Source: an uncultured Gemmatimonadales bacterium
GTDB taxonomy: Bacteria > Gemmatimonadota > Gemmatimonadetes > Gemmatimonadales > Gemmatimonadaceae
Assembly (NCBI GenBank): GCA_963851265.1
Contig: CAWKNZ010000009.1
Span: 96,001-160,000 of the forward strand
Direction: 5' to 3'
DNA length: 64,000 bases
Shown here: piece after piece, positions 37,982 to 48,294 of the stretch
How the letters are laid out: each line of letters opens with the position of its first letter
Position numbering within the stretch: the stretch's first letter is position 1
Position numbers and translations under genes: made by a program
The notes under the pieces: model-generated
What the model was told of the DNA's origin: nothing
Seen by the model: only the letters and a program-made list of their open reading frames with translations
Database searches by the model: none

Positions 37982-38932
37982 ATGACTCCGCAAGAACGCG
38001 ACGCCCTCCTCCCGCTCCTCGACCGGCTGCGCCAGGCGCGCGTGCCCACGAAGGACGCCGAAGCCGACCAACTCATCCGGCAGGCGGTCCAGGCGCAGCC
38101 CGACGCGCCGTACGTGCTCGCCCAGACGGTGCTGATGCAGGACTACGCGCTGCACGCCGCGCAGGACCGCATCCATGCCCTCGAGCAGCAGGTGAGCCAG
38201 GCGCAGGCCCAGGGGCAGCGGTCGTCGGGCGGCGGCGGATTCCTGAGCAACCTGCTCGGCGGCCACCCCGCACCTCCGCCCGCGCCTCCTCCGCCCCCGC
38301 CTCCCGGCTACGCCGCGCCGCCCGGGGCCTTCCAACAGCCGAGTTATGGCCAATCGGCGGCATACGGCCAGCAGCCCGGCTACGCCCAACAACCCAGCTA
38401 CGGCCAGCAGGTCGCGAACGCCGTCCAGCCCGGGGCCGGCCAGCCGTCGTTCCTCCGGAGTGCGGCACAGACTGCCGCGGGAATCGCCGGCGGCGCGCTG
38501 CTCTTTCAGGGGCTCGAGGGGCTGTTCGGCGGCCACGGCGGATTCGGCGGCGGCGGTGGCCTCGGAAGCGGGTTCCTCGGCGGCGGCGGTCAGGGCTTCG
38601 CGCCGCGCGAGGAGATCGTCGAGAACGTGAACAACTACTACGGCGACCAGCCGACCCACGCCGGCCAGCAGTTCGGCGGGTTCGCCGATCAACCCGGTGC
38701 GGGCCAGCCCGGGATGGACCAACCGGGGAACGAGGACGTGACCCGTTTCGCCGACCAGGGTGGTGCGCAAGGCGGGGACGCGGGTGCCTTCTCCAACACC
38801 GCCGATTACGACACCTCCGACGACCCCGGCGCGAGCGGCCTCGACGACTCGGGGAACGACTACGGCGGAGATTCGGGGGGCGGAGACTTCGGCGGGGGAG
38901 ATTTCGGCGGGGACGACAGCTTCAATAGCTGA
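37982..38932 (+). CDS. DUF2076 family protein with low-complexity Gly/Gln/Pro/Asp regions
   Basis: MTPQER...L..RL, PDAPY.L.Q.VL.Q..AL and SFL..A..TAAG.AGG.LLF motifs. Confidence 0.85.
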   Translation: MTPQERDALLPLLDRLRQARVPTKDAEADQLIRQAVQAQPDAPYVLAQTVLMQDYALHAAQDRIHALEQQVSQAQAQGQRSSGGGGFLSNLLGGHPAPPPAPPPPPPPGYAAPPGAFQQPSYGQSAAYGQQPGYAQQPSYGQQVANAVQPGAGQPSFLRSAAQTAAGIAGGALLFQGLEGLFGGHGGFGGGGGLGSGFLGGGGQGFAPREEIVENVNNYYGDQPTHAGQQFGGFADQPGAGQPGMDQPGNEDVTRFADQGGAQGGDAGAFSNTADYDTSDDPGASGLDDSGNDYGGDSGGGDFGGGDFGGDDSFNS

Positions 38933-38940
38933 GCGGCCGC

Positions 38941-40494
38941 GTGCGCCTTCTTCGCCGCGCGCTCGCGGCCCTCTGCGGATTGGCCGCGGGCCTACCCGTC
39001 GCCGCCCAGTCCGCACGCGCCCCGCGGGCCACGCGCGAGCCCGCTGCCACCGCGCCGCGCGTCGGACCCGCGCGCGGCGCGGTGGTGGTCGTCGGCGGCG
39101 GGGCGGTCGGCCCCGAGATCCTCACGCGCTTCATCGCCCTGGCCGGCGGCCCCGACGCGCTGATCGTCGACGTGCCGACGGCGGGCGGCGACTCCGTCTA
39201 CCCGGCCGACACGCCCGGGGCGCGGATGCTCCGGGCGGCAGGCGCTCGGCACGTCGTCGTCCTGCACACGGTGAGTCGGGCCGCGGCCGACGCCGACAGC
39301 TTCGTCGCCCCGCTCGCCCGCGCGGGCGGCGTCTGGTTCGACGGCGGCCGGCAGTGGCACCTCGTCGACAGCTACGCGGGCACGCGCACCGAGCGCGGCT
39401 TCCACGACGTGCTCGCGCGCGGCGGCGTGGTGGGCGGCTCGTCGGCGGGCGCGTCCATCCTCTCGAGCTACCTGCTGCGCGGCGCGCGCGCCGGCAACGC
39501 GACCATCATGGCGGCAGGCTACGAGCAGGGCTTCGGCTTTCTGCGCGGCGTGGCCATCGACCAGCACGTCGTCGCCCGCGATCGCCTCCCTGATCTCGCC
39601 GACTCGCTCCGCCCCGCACACCCCGAACTGCTCGGCATCTCGGAGGACGAGGGCACGGCGTGGGTGGTGCGCGGCGATACCGCGGACATCCTCGGGCGGA
39701 GCAAGGCGTTCGTCTACGGCGGCGCCGACCCCACCGACCCCGGCCGGCCGTTCCTCACCCTCTACCCGGGCGACCGGTACGACCTCGGCGCGCGCCACGT
39801 GCTCCGCCGCGCGGGCGAGGGGCTGCCGCTCACGCGCGCGTTCGTCGACTCGCTGTTCGCGCCCGTGGCGGGGGCGGGGCGCGGCGCGGCCACGGTGCTC
39901 GTCGCCGAGGACGGCCGCGTGCTCGCCGACGAGGCGTACGGCGTGCCCGACCAGCCGCGCTACCTCCCGCGCACGACCGCGCCCAACTTTGCGTTAGGCG
40001 GCATCGCCGCGCCGCTCGACTCGCTGGCCTCGCGGCTGGCCGCCCGCGACTCCGCCGCGCGCCCCGACGAGCGACTCGGCAAACGCGCCTACCCGCAATT
40101 CGTGGCGCGACGCGTCTTCACCCCCGTCGGCGCGCACCGCACCACCGTCGACGCCGCCGGGGCGTTCCGGTCCAACGTCGACGAACTGTACCGGCTCTCG
40201 TTCGCCTTCGACCCGCGCGAGACGCCGGCGGCGTTGGGCGGGCCCGCGCCGACGGACGGACCGCCCGACGCCTTGGACGCGTCGGCGTCGGGGTGGCAGG
40301 TCGACCGCGTGGGCGGGCTCACCCGCCTGAGCGCGTTCGCCACGCCCGACGGCCGGCGCGGCGCGTTCGTGCGCATCCCCGACCGGCGCGCGACCATCGT
40401 CATCCTCAGCGATCGCGACGCCGTGGACGCGCGCGGCCTCGCCGAGCGGATCGCCGAGCGCCTGGTCGGGGCGGACCGCCCGCGTCGCGAGTGA
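38941..40494 (+). CDS. Secreted cyanophycinase-like (S51) peptidase fused to a degenerate beta-lactamase-like domain
   Basis: VVVGGG, GGRQ, GGSSAGA nucleophile, IDQH and EDEGTA; C-terminal VLVAEDG.V....YG and SNVDELYR but no SxxK. Confidence 0.8.
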   Translation: MRLLRRALAALCGLAAGLPVAAQSARAPRATREPAATAPRVGPARGAVVVVGGGAVGPEILTRFIALAGGPDALIVDVPTAGGDSVYPADTPGARMLRAAGARHVVVLHTVSRAAADADSFVAPLARAGGVWFDGGRQWHLVDSYAGTRTERGFHDVLARGGVVGGSSAGASILSSYLLRGARAGNATIMAAGYEQGFGFLRGVAIDQHVVARDRLPDLADSLRPAHPELLGISEDEGTAWVVRGDTADILGRSKAFVYGGADPTDPGRPFLTLYPGDRYDLGARHVLRRAGEGLPLTRAFVDSLFAPVAGAGRGAATVLVAEDGRVLADEAYGVPDQPRYLPRTTAPNFALGGIAAPLDSLASRLAARDSAARPDERLGKRAYPQFVARRVFTPVGAHRTTVDAAGAFRSNVDELYRLSFAFDPRETPAALGGPAPTDGPPDALDASASGWQVDRVGGLTRLSAFATPDGRRGAFVRIPDRRATIVILSDRDAVDARGLAERIAERLVGADRPRRE

Positions 40495-40533
40495 TCGGTG
40501 CCGGTGGTCCTCACGCTCCCTCGTCGCGCCCGC

Positions 40534-42588
40534 ATGCGCCGCCTCTCCCTCGCCACGTCCGCGCTCGCGGCCTCCCTCGTCGCGGGCCGTTCCGCGTCCG
40601 CCCGCGTCGTCCGCGTCGTGGTCGACCACCGCGACGACGTCGCGGCCGGCGCGCCCATCGGCGGCGCGCCCGCCTACGAACGCCTCACGGGCCGGGTGTT
40701 CTTCGCCTTCGACCCGCGCAACCCGCACGACCGGCAGATCGTCGACCTCGCGCGCGCGCCGCGCAACGTGCGCGGTGAGGTGGAGGCGTGGGGCGAGTTC
40801 GCGATGCTGCGCCCCAAGGACCCGGCGCGCGCGAGCGGGGTGACGCTGGTCGACGTGGTGAACCGCGGCGGCGTGACGGTGGGCGTGTTCCACCTCGGCG
40901 CCGAGCGCGGGGCGGGGCCGACCGACTCCGCCGCCTTCGGCGATGCGCTCCTCCTCCGTCGCGGCCTCACGGTCGTGATGCTCGGCTGGCAGTGGGACAT
41001 CCTGCCGAACGCGCCCGGCCTGCACTTCTACCCGCCCGTGGCCCGCGACGGCGCGCACCCGATCACGGGGCTCGTGCGGAGCGACGTCACCGTCGACGCG
41101 CCGACGCGCACCATCCCGCTCGGCCACCGCGTCGCGACCTCCGAGGCGCTCGGCTACCCGGTGTCCGACCCCGACGACCCGGCGACGGTGCTCACCGTGC
41201 GCGACGGCCCGCTGGCGCCGCGCACCACCGTGCCGCGGAGCGCGTGGCGCTTTGCGCGCGAGGACAGCGCCGGGGGCGTGATCGCTGACGCACGGCACGT
41301 CTACATGGCGGCCGGCTTCCAGCCGGGGCACGTATACGAGGTCGTCTACCGGGCGAAGGACCCGGTCGTCGTCGGCACCGGGATGGCCGCGGTGCGCGAC
41401 ATGATCGCGTGGCTCAAGCACGACCCCGCCACGCTCGCGCCCACGCGCTGGGGCATCGCGTACGGCGTCTCGCAGACGGGGCGCTTCCTGCGCCACTTCC
41501 TGTACGACGGCTTCAACGTCGACGAACGCGGGCGCCAGGCGTTCGACGGGATCTTCGCGCACACGGCCGGTGCGGGGCGGGGGAGCTTCAACCACCGCTT
41601 CGCCCAGCCCTCGCGCGACGCGCAGCCGTACTCGACGTTCTTCTACCCCACCGACGTCTTCCCCTTCACGAGCCCCGACGAGACCGACCCCGCGACGGGG
41701 CGCACGGGCGGACTGCGCACGCACCGCCCGTCGGGCGCGGGGGCGCCGAAGGTGTTCTACGTCGACGGGGGCTACGAGTACTGGGGACGCGGCGCGTCGC
41801 TCGCGCACACCACCGTGGACGGCCGCCGCGACGTGGGGTTCCTCCCGCTCGAGCGGCGCTACGTGCTGTCGTCGGCGCAGCACTCGGGCCCTGCGGGGTG
41901 GCCGCCACCGCCTAACGCGCGCGTCGGGGACGCGGCGGCGTGGCGCGGCAACCCGATGGACCAGCGGCTCGCCCTCCGCGCGCTCCTCGTCGCGCTCGTG
42001 GACTGGGTGAAGGACGGGCGCGAGCCGCCGGCGTCGCTGTACCCGACGCGCGCGGCCGGAATGCTCGTGCCCGTCGACTCGCTGGTCCGGCCCGCCATCC
42101 CGGGCGTGCGGCTCGCGGCGGTGCCGTACCGGCCGTACCGGCTCGACTTCGGCCCGCGGTGGACGAGCGGGATCATCGACCGCGAGCCGCCGGCGGTGGG
42201 CGCGCCGTTCGCCGTGCTCGTGCCACGCGTCGATTCGTTAGGCAACGACCTCGGCGGCGTGCGGTCCGTGGAGCTCGAGGCGCCCCTCGCCACCTACCTG
42301 CCGTGGCAGCTGCGCGCGCCGTCGCTCGCCGGGAGCGACCGGCTGGTGAGCTTCCAGGGCACGTTCGTGCCGCTCCCGCGCACCGAGGCCGAGCGGGCGC
42401 GCGCGGGCGACCCGCGCCCGAGCATCGAGCGGCTCTACGGCACGCGCGACGCGTACCTCGCGCGCGTGGACGCGGCCGCGCGCGCCCTCGCCGCGCGCCG
42501 GTTCCTGCTCGACGAGGACGTGCCCCGCGCGCGCGCGCGCCTCGCGAGCACGTGGGACTGGATCACCGCGAACGGGGGCACGCGCTGA
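40534..42588 (+). CDS. Secreted alpha/beta-hydrolase-domain protein
   Basis: G.SQTGRFLR.F...GFN.DE, EYW...ASL and D..GN..GG motifs; signal peptide. Confidence 0.8.
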   Translation: MRRLSLATSALAASLVAGRSASARVVRVVVDHRDDVAAGAPIGGAPAYERLTGRVFFAFDPRNPHDRQIVDLARAPRNVRGEVEAWGEFAMLRPKDPARASGVTLVDVVNRGGVTVGVFHLGAERGAGPTDSAAFGDALLLRRGLTVVMLGWQWDILPNAPGLHFYPPVARDGAHPITGLVRSDVTVDAPTRTIPLGHRVATSEALGYPVSDPDDPATVLTVRDGPLAPRTTVPRSAWRFAREDSAGGVIADARHVYMAAGFQPGHVYEVVYRAKDPVVVGTGMAAVRDMIAWLKHDPATLAPTRWGIAYGVSQTGRFLRHFLYDGFNVDERGRQAFDGIFAHTAGAGRGSFNHRFAQPSRDAQPYSTFFYPTDVFPFTSPDETDPATGRTGGLRTHRPSGAGAPKVFYVDGGYEYWGRGASLAHTTVDGRRDVGFLPLERRYVLSSAQHSGPAGWPPPPNARVGDAAAWRGNPMDQRLALRALLVALVDWVKDGREPPASLYPTRAAGMLVPVDSLVRPAIPGVRLAAVPYRPYRLDFGPRWTSGIIDREPPAVGAPFAVLVPRVDSLGNDLGGVRSVELEAPLATYLPWQLRAPSLAGSDRLVSFQGTFVPLPRTEAERARAGDPRPSIERLYGTRDAYLARVDAAARALAARRFLLDEDVPRARARLASTWDWITANGGTR

Positions 42589-42624
42589 CCGGATCGGACC
42601 GCCACCACGGTCAGGCCGTCAGCA

Positions 42625-43905
42625 TCATGCCGCGGCCGGCGCGGTGCTCGACCCCCGCAGCCCGTAGTACACGATGTAGAGGTAGCAGAGCGCCGGCACG
42701 AGGAACGCCGGCTGCAGCCCCACGCGATCGGCGAGCGCGCCGCACAGCAGCGGCACCAGCGCGCCGCCGACGATCGCCATGACGAGGATGCTCGACCCCT
42801 CGCCCGTCCGGTGCCCGAGCCCCTCGATCGCCAGCGCGAAGATGGTCGGGAACATGATCGAGTTGAACAGCCCGACCGAGAGCAGCGTCCACATCGCCAG
42901 CTGACCGCTGCCGGCGGCGGCCACCGCGGTCAGTACCGCGGCGCACGCGGCGAACAGCGCGAGCAGGCGTCGCGGGTTGACGTGCTTCAGCAGCTCCCAC
43001 CCGATGAACCGCCCCACCATGGCCCCGCCCCAGTAGTAGGCCACATAGTGCGCGGCGGCCGCCTCCGGGAGTCCGGCGATCCGCGACTCGCCGAGGAAGT
43101 TGATCATGAAACTGCCGATCGCGACTTCGGCGCCGACGTAAGCGAAGATGCCGACCGCGCCGAGCGTGAGGTGCCGGACGCGCCACACGCCGCCCTCCGC
43201 CTCGCCAGCCGACGCCGCGTCGTCGCGCGCGTCCTCGATGCTGAGCCGCGGCAGCCGCGCGACCGACATCACCGCGGCGAGTGCGAACAGCGCGACCGCG
43301 AGTCCCACGTACGGCCCCTGCACGGTCTTGGCCGTCGCGAGCCGCTGCGCGAAGGTGGCGGACGTGCCCACGGCCGCGCTGAAGATGAGGAGCCCGCCGA
43401 TCAGGGGTGCGAGCGTGGTGCCGAGCGAGTTGAACGCCTGGGTGAGCACGAGGCGGCTCGACGCGAGGGCGGGCGGGCCGAGCACCGCGACGTACGGGTT
43501 GGCCGCGACCTGCAGCAGGGTGATCCCGGCGGCGAGCACGAACAACGCGCCCAGGAAGACCCCGTACGAGAGCAGCCCCGCGGCCGGGTAGAAGAGCAGC
43601 GCGCCGATGCCGGCCACCGCCAGCCCGACGACGATGCCGCGCTTGTACCCGATGCGCGTCACCACCCGGCCCCACGGAAGCGCCGTGAGGAAATACGCCC
43701 CGAAGAAGGTGAACTGCACGAGCGCGGCCTGCGCGTAGCTCAGCGCGAACACGCCGCGCAGGTGCGGCACGAGGATGTCGTTGAGCGACGTGAGAAAGCC
43801 CCACGCGAAGAACAGGGCGGTCACCGTCGGGAGCGCGAGGCGGCTCGTCTCGGCGCCGGCGGGGGTCGTGGCCCCGCTCCGGGGGACGGGGGCGGCGATG
43901 GCCAT
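42625..43905 (-). CDS. MFS sugar transporter, FucP/GluP (glucose/galactose) family
   Basis: FF.WGF...LNDIL.P, LQVAANPYV, YVGAEV, NSIMFPTIF and MAIVGGA. Confidence 0.93.
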   Translation of the reverse strand: MAIAAPVPRSGATTPAGAETSRLALPTVTALFFAWGFLTSLNDILVPHLRGVFALSYAQAALVQFTFFGAYFLTALPWGRVVTRIGYKRGIVVGLAVAGIGALLFYPAAGLLSYGVFLGALFVLAAGITLLQVAANPYVAVLGPPALASSRLVLTQAFNSLGTTLAPLIGGLLIFSAAVGTSATFAQRLATAKTVQGPYVGLAVALFALAAVMSVARLPRLSIEDARDDAASAGEAEGGVWRVRHLTLGAVGIFAYVGAEVAIGSFMINFLGESRIAGLPEAAAAHYVAYYWGGAMVGRFIGWELLKHVNPRRLLALFAACAAVLTAVAAAGSGQLAMWTLLSVGLFNSIMFPTIFALAIEGLGHRTGEGSSILVMAIVGGALVPLLCGALADRVGLQPAFLVPALCYLYIVYYGLRGSSTAPAAA

Positions 43906-44000
43906 GGGGGAAGTGGGACGTGAGAGAGGCGGTGGCGCGCGTTGTCATAGTACGCGGGCGACCCACGTACCCGCAGCGCGCGGCGCCGGGCGTCGTGCGC

Positions 44001-45257
44001 CTACGGCGCCGCGTCGTCGGCCCGCTTCGTTCCGGCCGTGGCGGCGTCCTCGGCGCGCCGCGACGGCAGCGAGAAGGCGAACACCGAGCCGCCCGCCTCC
44101 GGGAACTCGACCCACACGCGTCCCCCGAGCGCCTCGACCGTCTCGCGCACGATGCTCAGCCCGAGCCCCGTGCCCTCGATGCCCGTCACCGTCTCGCCGT
44201 GCGCGCGGTAGAACAGGTCGAACAGGCGCCCGCGCGCGTCGGGCGGCACGCCGAGCCCGTTGTCGGTCACGCGCACCACGAGCTCTCCACCGTCGGTGCC
44301 GGCACCGTAGCGCAGCTCGCCCGACACCGCGACCCAGGACGAGGAAGCCGCCGGGTCCGCGTACTTGATCGCGTTCGACACGTAATTCGTGAGGCACAAC
44401 TCGACCGCGGCCGCGTCCACCTCGACCGCCGGCAGGTCGTCGGCGATCCGGACGTCCACCCCGCGCGCCTCGGCCGCGCCGCGCAGCTGTCGCGCGACCT
44501 CGGCCGTCGCGTGCGCGAGCAGCACGTTCCGCTGCTGGCGCGCGTCGGCCTCGAAGCGGGAGAGCGCCTCGAGGTTGTCGAGCACCCGCTGCAGCTCGTG
44601 CGCGTTCTCGGTGATCATCCGCGTGAACCGGGCGCGCTGCGCGTCGTCCAGCCACGGCTCCGACAGGAGCCCGGCCGCGCCCCGCACCGCGCCCACGTGG
44701 TTCTTCAGCTCGTGCGCCACCATGCGGTTGAAGCGCCGGAGCCGCCCCTCGCGCTCGCGCACGCGCTCGGCCGTCAGGCGGAGGAAGTGGGTGAGCGTCG
44801 CCTGCCGGATCAGCTCCGTCGCGTGCGCGACGCGCTGCCAGCAGGTCGCGACCGCGCGGGGCGTCGCGCCGCCGGCGAGCACGTCGAGCTCGTCGGCGAG
44901 GAACGTCGAGAGGATCGCGCCGAGGATCTCGTGCTCCTTCAGGATCTCGTACGCGTCGAACCCCTGGGCGTGCCGGAGTGCGCCGAGTTCCATCGCCTTC
45001 GCCGTGACGGGCGCGTCGGCGTCGAGTTCGCGGTCGGGGCCCTCCAGGTAATCGGCGACCCCGTCCACGAGCAGGGGGACGTGGTTGAGGAGCGTGTCCG
45101 TCGGAAAGACCCGCTCCGGTGCGACCGCCACGCGCGCGACGATTCGGTCGAGCCATCGGCGGACGAGCGTGTCGCGCTCGGCGCGCAGGCGTGAGGCCAT
45201 CGCTCCGGCCAGGGCGACATCGGGCAGGGGCGCGGCGGTACCAACGGACGTGGACAT
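44001..45257 (-). CDS. Cytoplasmic histidine kinase with RsbRD-N-like input domain
   Basis: LG.LR..QGF...EIL.E N-domain; AHELKN H-box; SNAIKY, DNGLG and GTGLGL. Confidence 0.88.
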   Translation of the reverse strand: MSTSVGTAAPLPDVALAGAMASRLRAERDTLVRRWLDRIVARVAVAPERVFPTDTLLNHVPLLVDGVADYLEGPDRELDADAPVTAKAMELGALRHAQGFDAYEILKEHEILGAILSTFLADELDVLAGGATPRAVATCWQRVAHATELIRQATLTHFLRLTAERVREREGRLRRFNRMVAHELKNHVGAVRGAAGLLSEPWLDDAQRARFTRMITENAHELQRVLDNLEALSRFEADARQQRNVLLAHATAEVARQLRGAAEARGVDVRIADDLPAVEVDAAAVELCLTNYVSNAIKYADPAASSSWVAVSGELRYGAGTDGGELVVRVTDNGLGVPPDARGRLFDLFYRAHGETVTGIEGTGLGLSIVRETVEALGGRVWVEFPEAGGSVFAFSLPSRRAEDAATAGTKRADDAAP

Positions 45258-45469
45258 GACGGAGAAAGCTGGCCGCGTCGGCCCCCGCGCGACAGTCGCC
45301 TGGGGCCGGCAACTTCGGGCGCGGGCGCGGCGCGGAGTGTTAGGCTCGTGACACCCCCCGACGCGGCCGCTCGTCGTCGGCACTCGTCGAAGGCGGGCGC
45401 GCCGTCGTAAGTTCCGGGCGGAAACCGGGTGCGCGTGCGCGCGCGGGACGACCCCTGCAGGAGACTCTT

Positions 45470-46384
45470 GTGTTCAACCGACTGGTATGGGCCGCCGCGG
45501 CCGCGCTCGCCGCTGCATTCGGCGGGTCGTGCGCGGGCCACGGTGGGACGTCCGCGGGGCCCGCGCGCGACCTCGCACACGCCCCCGCGCCCGTCGGCAG
45601 CCCCGCAGACCCGGTCGAGATTTACGCGGTCCGTTACGGCACGCTGACGAACTTCCCGGTGGCGGCCCTCGTCGCCGGCGCAGACACGGCGCGGCGGATG
45701 GACATCGCGCTGATGGTGTGGCTGGTCCGTGAGCCCGGTGCCGACGGGCATCCGCGCACCGTTCTGGTCGACGCCGGCTTCTACCGCGACGCGTTCGTCC
45801 GCCGCTGGCACCCCGCCGATTATCAACGCCCGTCGGCCGCCCTCGCGCCGCTCGGCGTGCGCCCGGAGGACGTGACCGATCTGATCATCTCGCACGTCCA
45901 CTGGGACCACCTCGACGGCGCCGACCTCTTCCCGAACGCGCGCGTGTGGATCCAGCGCGCGGAGTACGAGCACCACGTCGACGCGACCGGCCGGGTGCGA
46001 GACCGCGCGATCGACTCGACCGACGCGGCGATGCTCGCGCGGCTGCGGGCTGCCGGCCGGGTCAGGCTCTTGGACGGCGACAGCACTCAGGTGCTGCCGG
46101 GGATCGTGGCGTATACGGGCGGCCGGCACACGTACGCGTCGCAATACGTGAGCGTCGCGACGCCGGAGGGCCCCGTCGTCCTCGCGTCGGACAACGCGTA
46201 CCTGTACGAGAACCTCGACACGCATCGCCCGATCGCGCAGACGCTCGACACGGCTGCGAACCTCGCGGCGCAGGCGCGCATGGTCCGGCTCGCGGGCGAT
46301 CCGCGCCGCATCGTGCCGGGCCACGACCCGGCCGTCTTCGTACGCTTCCCGCTACCCGGCCACGGCATCGCACGTATCAGGTGA
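45470..46384 (+). CDS. Metallo-beta-lactamase-fold hydrolase, AHL-lactonase-like
   Basis: LVDAG, SHVHWDH (HxHxDH), GRHT, ASD and PGHDP; N-terminal signal. Confidence 0.88.
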   Translation: MFNRLVWAAAAALAAAFGGSCAGHGGTSAGPARDLAHAPAPVGSPADPVEIYAVRYGTLTNFPVAALVAGADTARRMDIALMVWLVREPGADGHPRTVLVDAGFYRDAFVRRWHPADYQRPSAALAPLGVRPEDVTDLIISHVHWDHLDGADLFPNARVWIQRAEYEHHVDATGRVRDRAIDSTDAAMLARLRAAGRVRLLDGDSTQVLPGIVAYTGGRHTYASQYVSVATPEGPVVLASDNAYLYENLDTHRPIAQTLDTAANLAAQARMVRLAGDPRRIVPGHDPAVFVRFPLPGHGIARIR

Positions 46385-46430
46385 CCGCGGGCGCGGGCCG
46401 GATACGACGTCGACGTCGAGGACCAGTCCA

Positions 46431-46829
46431 ATGCCGACCCGGATCGCCGGACGTGTGCAGGCCGGAAAGGGCGACGCGTCTCGCTGGCTCGCGCGCTTCA
46501 ACGCGGAGTACAGCCGCAAGCTCGGGATCGCCGTTTATCCCGGGTCGTTGAACGTCGCGCTGAGCCACGGCTTTGACTGGTCCTCCCCCGACCTGCAAGC
46601 GCACCTGCGCTGGTTCGGACGGGAGGAGTACGGCGGCGAGCGCGACATTCTGCTCCTGCCATGTTCGCTGGCGAACCTGCGCGGAGAGCGGGCGTTCCTC
46701 TGGTCCACGACGACGGCGGCGCGGGACCGCCCCGATCCGTGGGTAGTGGAGATCGTCGCGGCGGTCGGGCTTCGCGCGACATACGGACTCCGCGACGGCG
46801 ACGCGGTTGCCATCGATCTCCCCTCGTAG
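46431..46829 (+). CDS. CTP-dependent riboflavin kinase-like protein (DUF120)
   Basis: G.V..G.G.A, YPGSLNV and VEIVA...LR...GL.DGD.V motifs. Confidence 0.8.
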   Translation: MPTRIAGRVQAGKGDASRWLARFNAEYSRKLGIAVYPGSLNVALSHGFDWSSPDLQAHLRWFGREEYGGERDILLLPCSLANLRGERAFLWSTTTAARDRPDPWVVEIVAAVGLRATYGLRDGDAVAIDLPS

Positions 46830-47034
46830 CGACCCGCGCACGATGCGCCAACCGGCAGGATAGGCATCGACGCGGCCGCCACTCGGGTGCCGAGATGTAC
46901 TTCTGCTCGTGAGATGGTCGTGAATTCGGGATCCCGGACGAACGGCTCCAGACCCGCGAGTGCGCGCCATCGTCGTATGTTGGACGCGCGCGGGATCGCC
47001 CCGCGCCGCGCGCCGGGCACCTCGGAGGACGTCG

Positions 47035-48102
47035 ATGACCAACGCGGACCCCACTCGGACCCGCATGCGTATGCCGTGGCGGACCACGCTCCCTGTCGCC
47101 GCCGCCGTCTTTCTCGGCCTCGGCGTCCTCTGGGGCCTCCGCGACATCGCGCGCCCGCTCGGCTTCCTCATCCTCGCGATCGCCGTCGCCGAAGCACTCG
47201 CGCCGCTCGTCGCCGCGCTCGAACGGTGGCGCGTGCCGCGCGGCGTCGCCATCAGCGTCGTCTACCTCGGCGTGCTCGTCGCCACCGTCGGCGTCGGCTG
47301 GCTCCTCGTCCCGACGATCATCGCGCAGACCGGCGAGTTCGTGAACCGCCTGCCCGCGCTCGCGTCCTTCGCACGCCGCCTCGCCGCCGAGGGACACGCA
47401 GCCATCGGCGCGCAACTCGACGCGCTCCTCGGCAACCTCGCGCGCCAGGTCGGCGGGTTCCTGCTCGCCGTACCGCTCCAGGCGTTCGACGCCCTGATCA
47501 ACCTCATCCTGCTCGCGTTCCTGTCCGCGTACTGGCTGTTAGGCGAGCCGGCCCTCGTGCGCTTCGTGCTCACGCTCCTGCCCGAGCGCCGGCACGCCGC
47601 GGCGGCCGCGCTGTTCGACGCGATGGGCCGCGCCATGGGCGGCTACGTACGCGGCACCGCGATCAACTCCGTGCTCATCGGCGCCGCCGTCGGCGTGGGG
47701 CTCGCCCTCGCGGGCGTCCGCTACCCGGTCGTCCTCGGCACGCTCACCATGCTCCTCGAGCCGTTCCCCGTCGTCGGACCGTGGCTCGCGGCCGGCCCCG
47801 TCGCCCTCGTCGCGCTCCTCGACTCGCCCGGGAAGGCCCTGCTCGCCCTCGGGGTGTACGGCGTGCTGACGCAGGTCGGCGGTCAGGTCCTCACGCCCAT
47901 CATCATGCGGCGCTCGACCGACATCCCGCAGACGCTCGTCATCTTCGCCATCCTCGCCGGCGCGGCGGTCGGCGGCCTCCTCGGGCTCGTCGTGTCGATC
48001 CCGCTCGTCGCCGCCCTGCGCGTGTTCGTGCTCCGCGTCGTCGTGCCCGTGGTGCGCCGGTGGACGGGGGCCGAGCCGGACGTTCCGTCAGCCGCGGCGT
48101 GA
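47035..48102 (+). CDS. AI-2E family transporter
   Basis: L.P.V..LER..VPR, P.VGP, L.P.I and GG..G....P motifs; multi-TM. Confidence 0.88.
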   Translation: MTNADPTRTRMRMPWRTTLPVAAAVFLGLGVLWGLRDIARPLGFLILAIAVAEALAPLVAALERWRVPRGVAISVVYLGVLVATVGVGWLLVPTIIAQTGEFVNRLPALASFARRLAAEGHAAIGAQLDALLGNLARQVGGFLLAVPLQAFDALINLILLAFLSAYWLLGEPALVRFVLTLLPERRHAAAAALFDAMGRAMGGYVRGTAINSVLIGAAVGVGLALAGVRYPVVLGTLTMLLEPFPVVGPWLAAGPVALVALLDSPGKALLALGVYGVLTQVGGQVLTPIIMRRSTDIPQTLVIFAILAGAAVGGLLGLVVSIPLVAALRVFVLRVVVPVVRRWTGAEPDVPSAAA

Positions 48103-48294
48103 GGCCGGCGGTGGACGTCTCGCGCGGCGTGTCGCGCCCCCGAACGACCTTGCGCGCTGCCCGGGCGCGCCCCACGTTGCCGCGCCGCATCGCGCCGGTA
48201 CCGTGTGCCCCGCGCGACGACGCCGGCGACGACCCCCGGTGACGGCGGCCGACTGCGATCGGCGAGCCTGCTCCCCAATTCCATGGAGGTTGCC

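Noticed and set aside
45470..46384. MBL-fold gene as an antibiotic-resistance beta-lactamase
   Set aside because: HxHxDH with downstream Asp and GHD fits the lactonase-like hydrolases; there is no specific evidence for beta-lactam hydrolysis.
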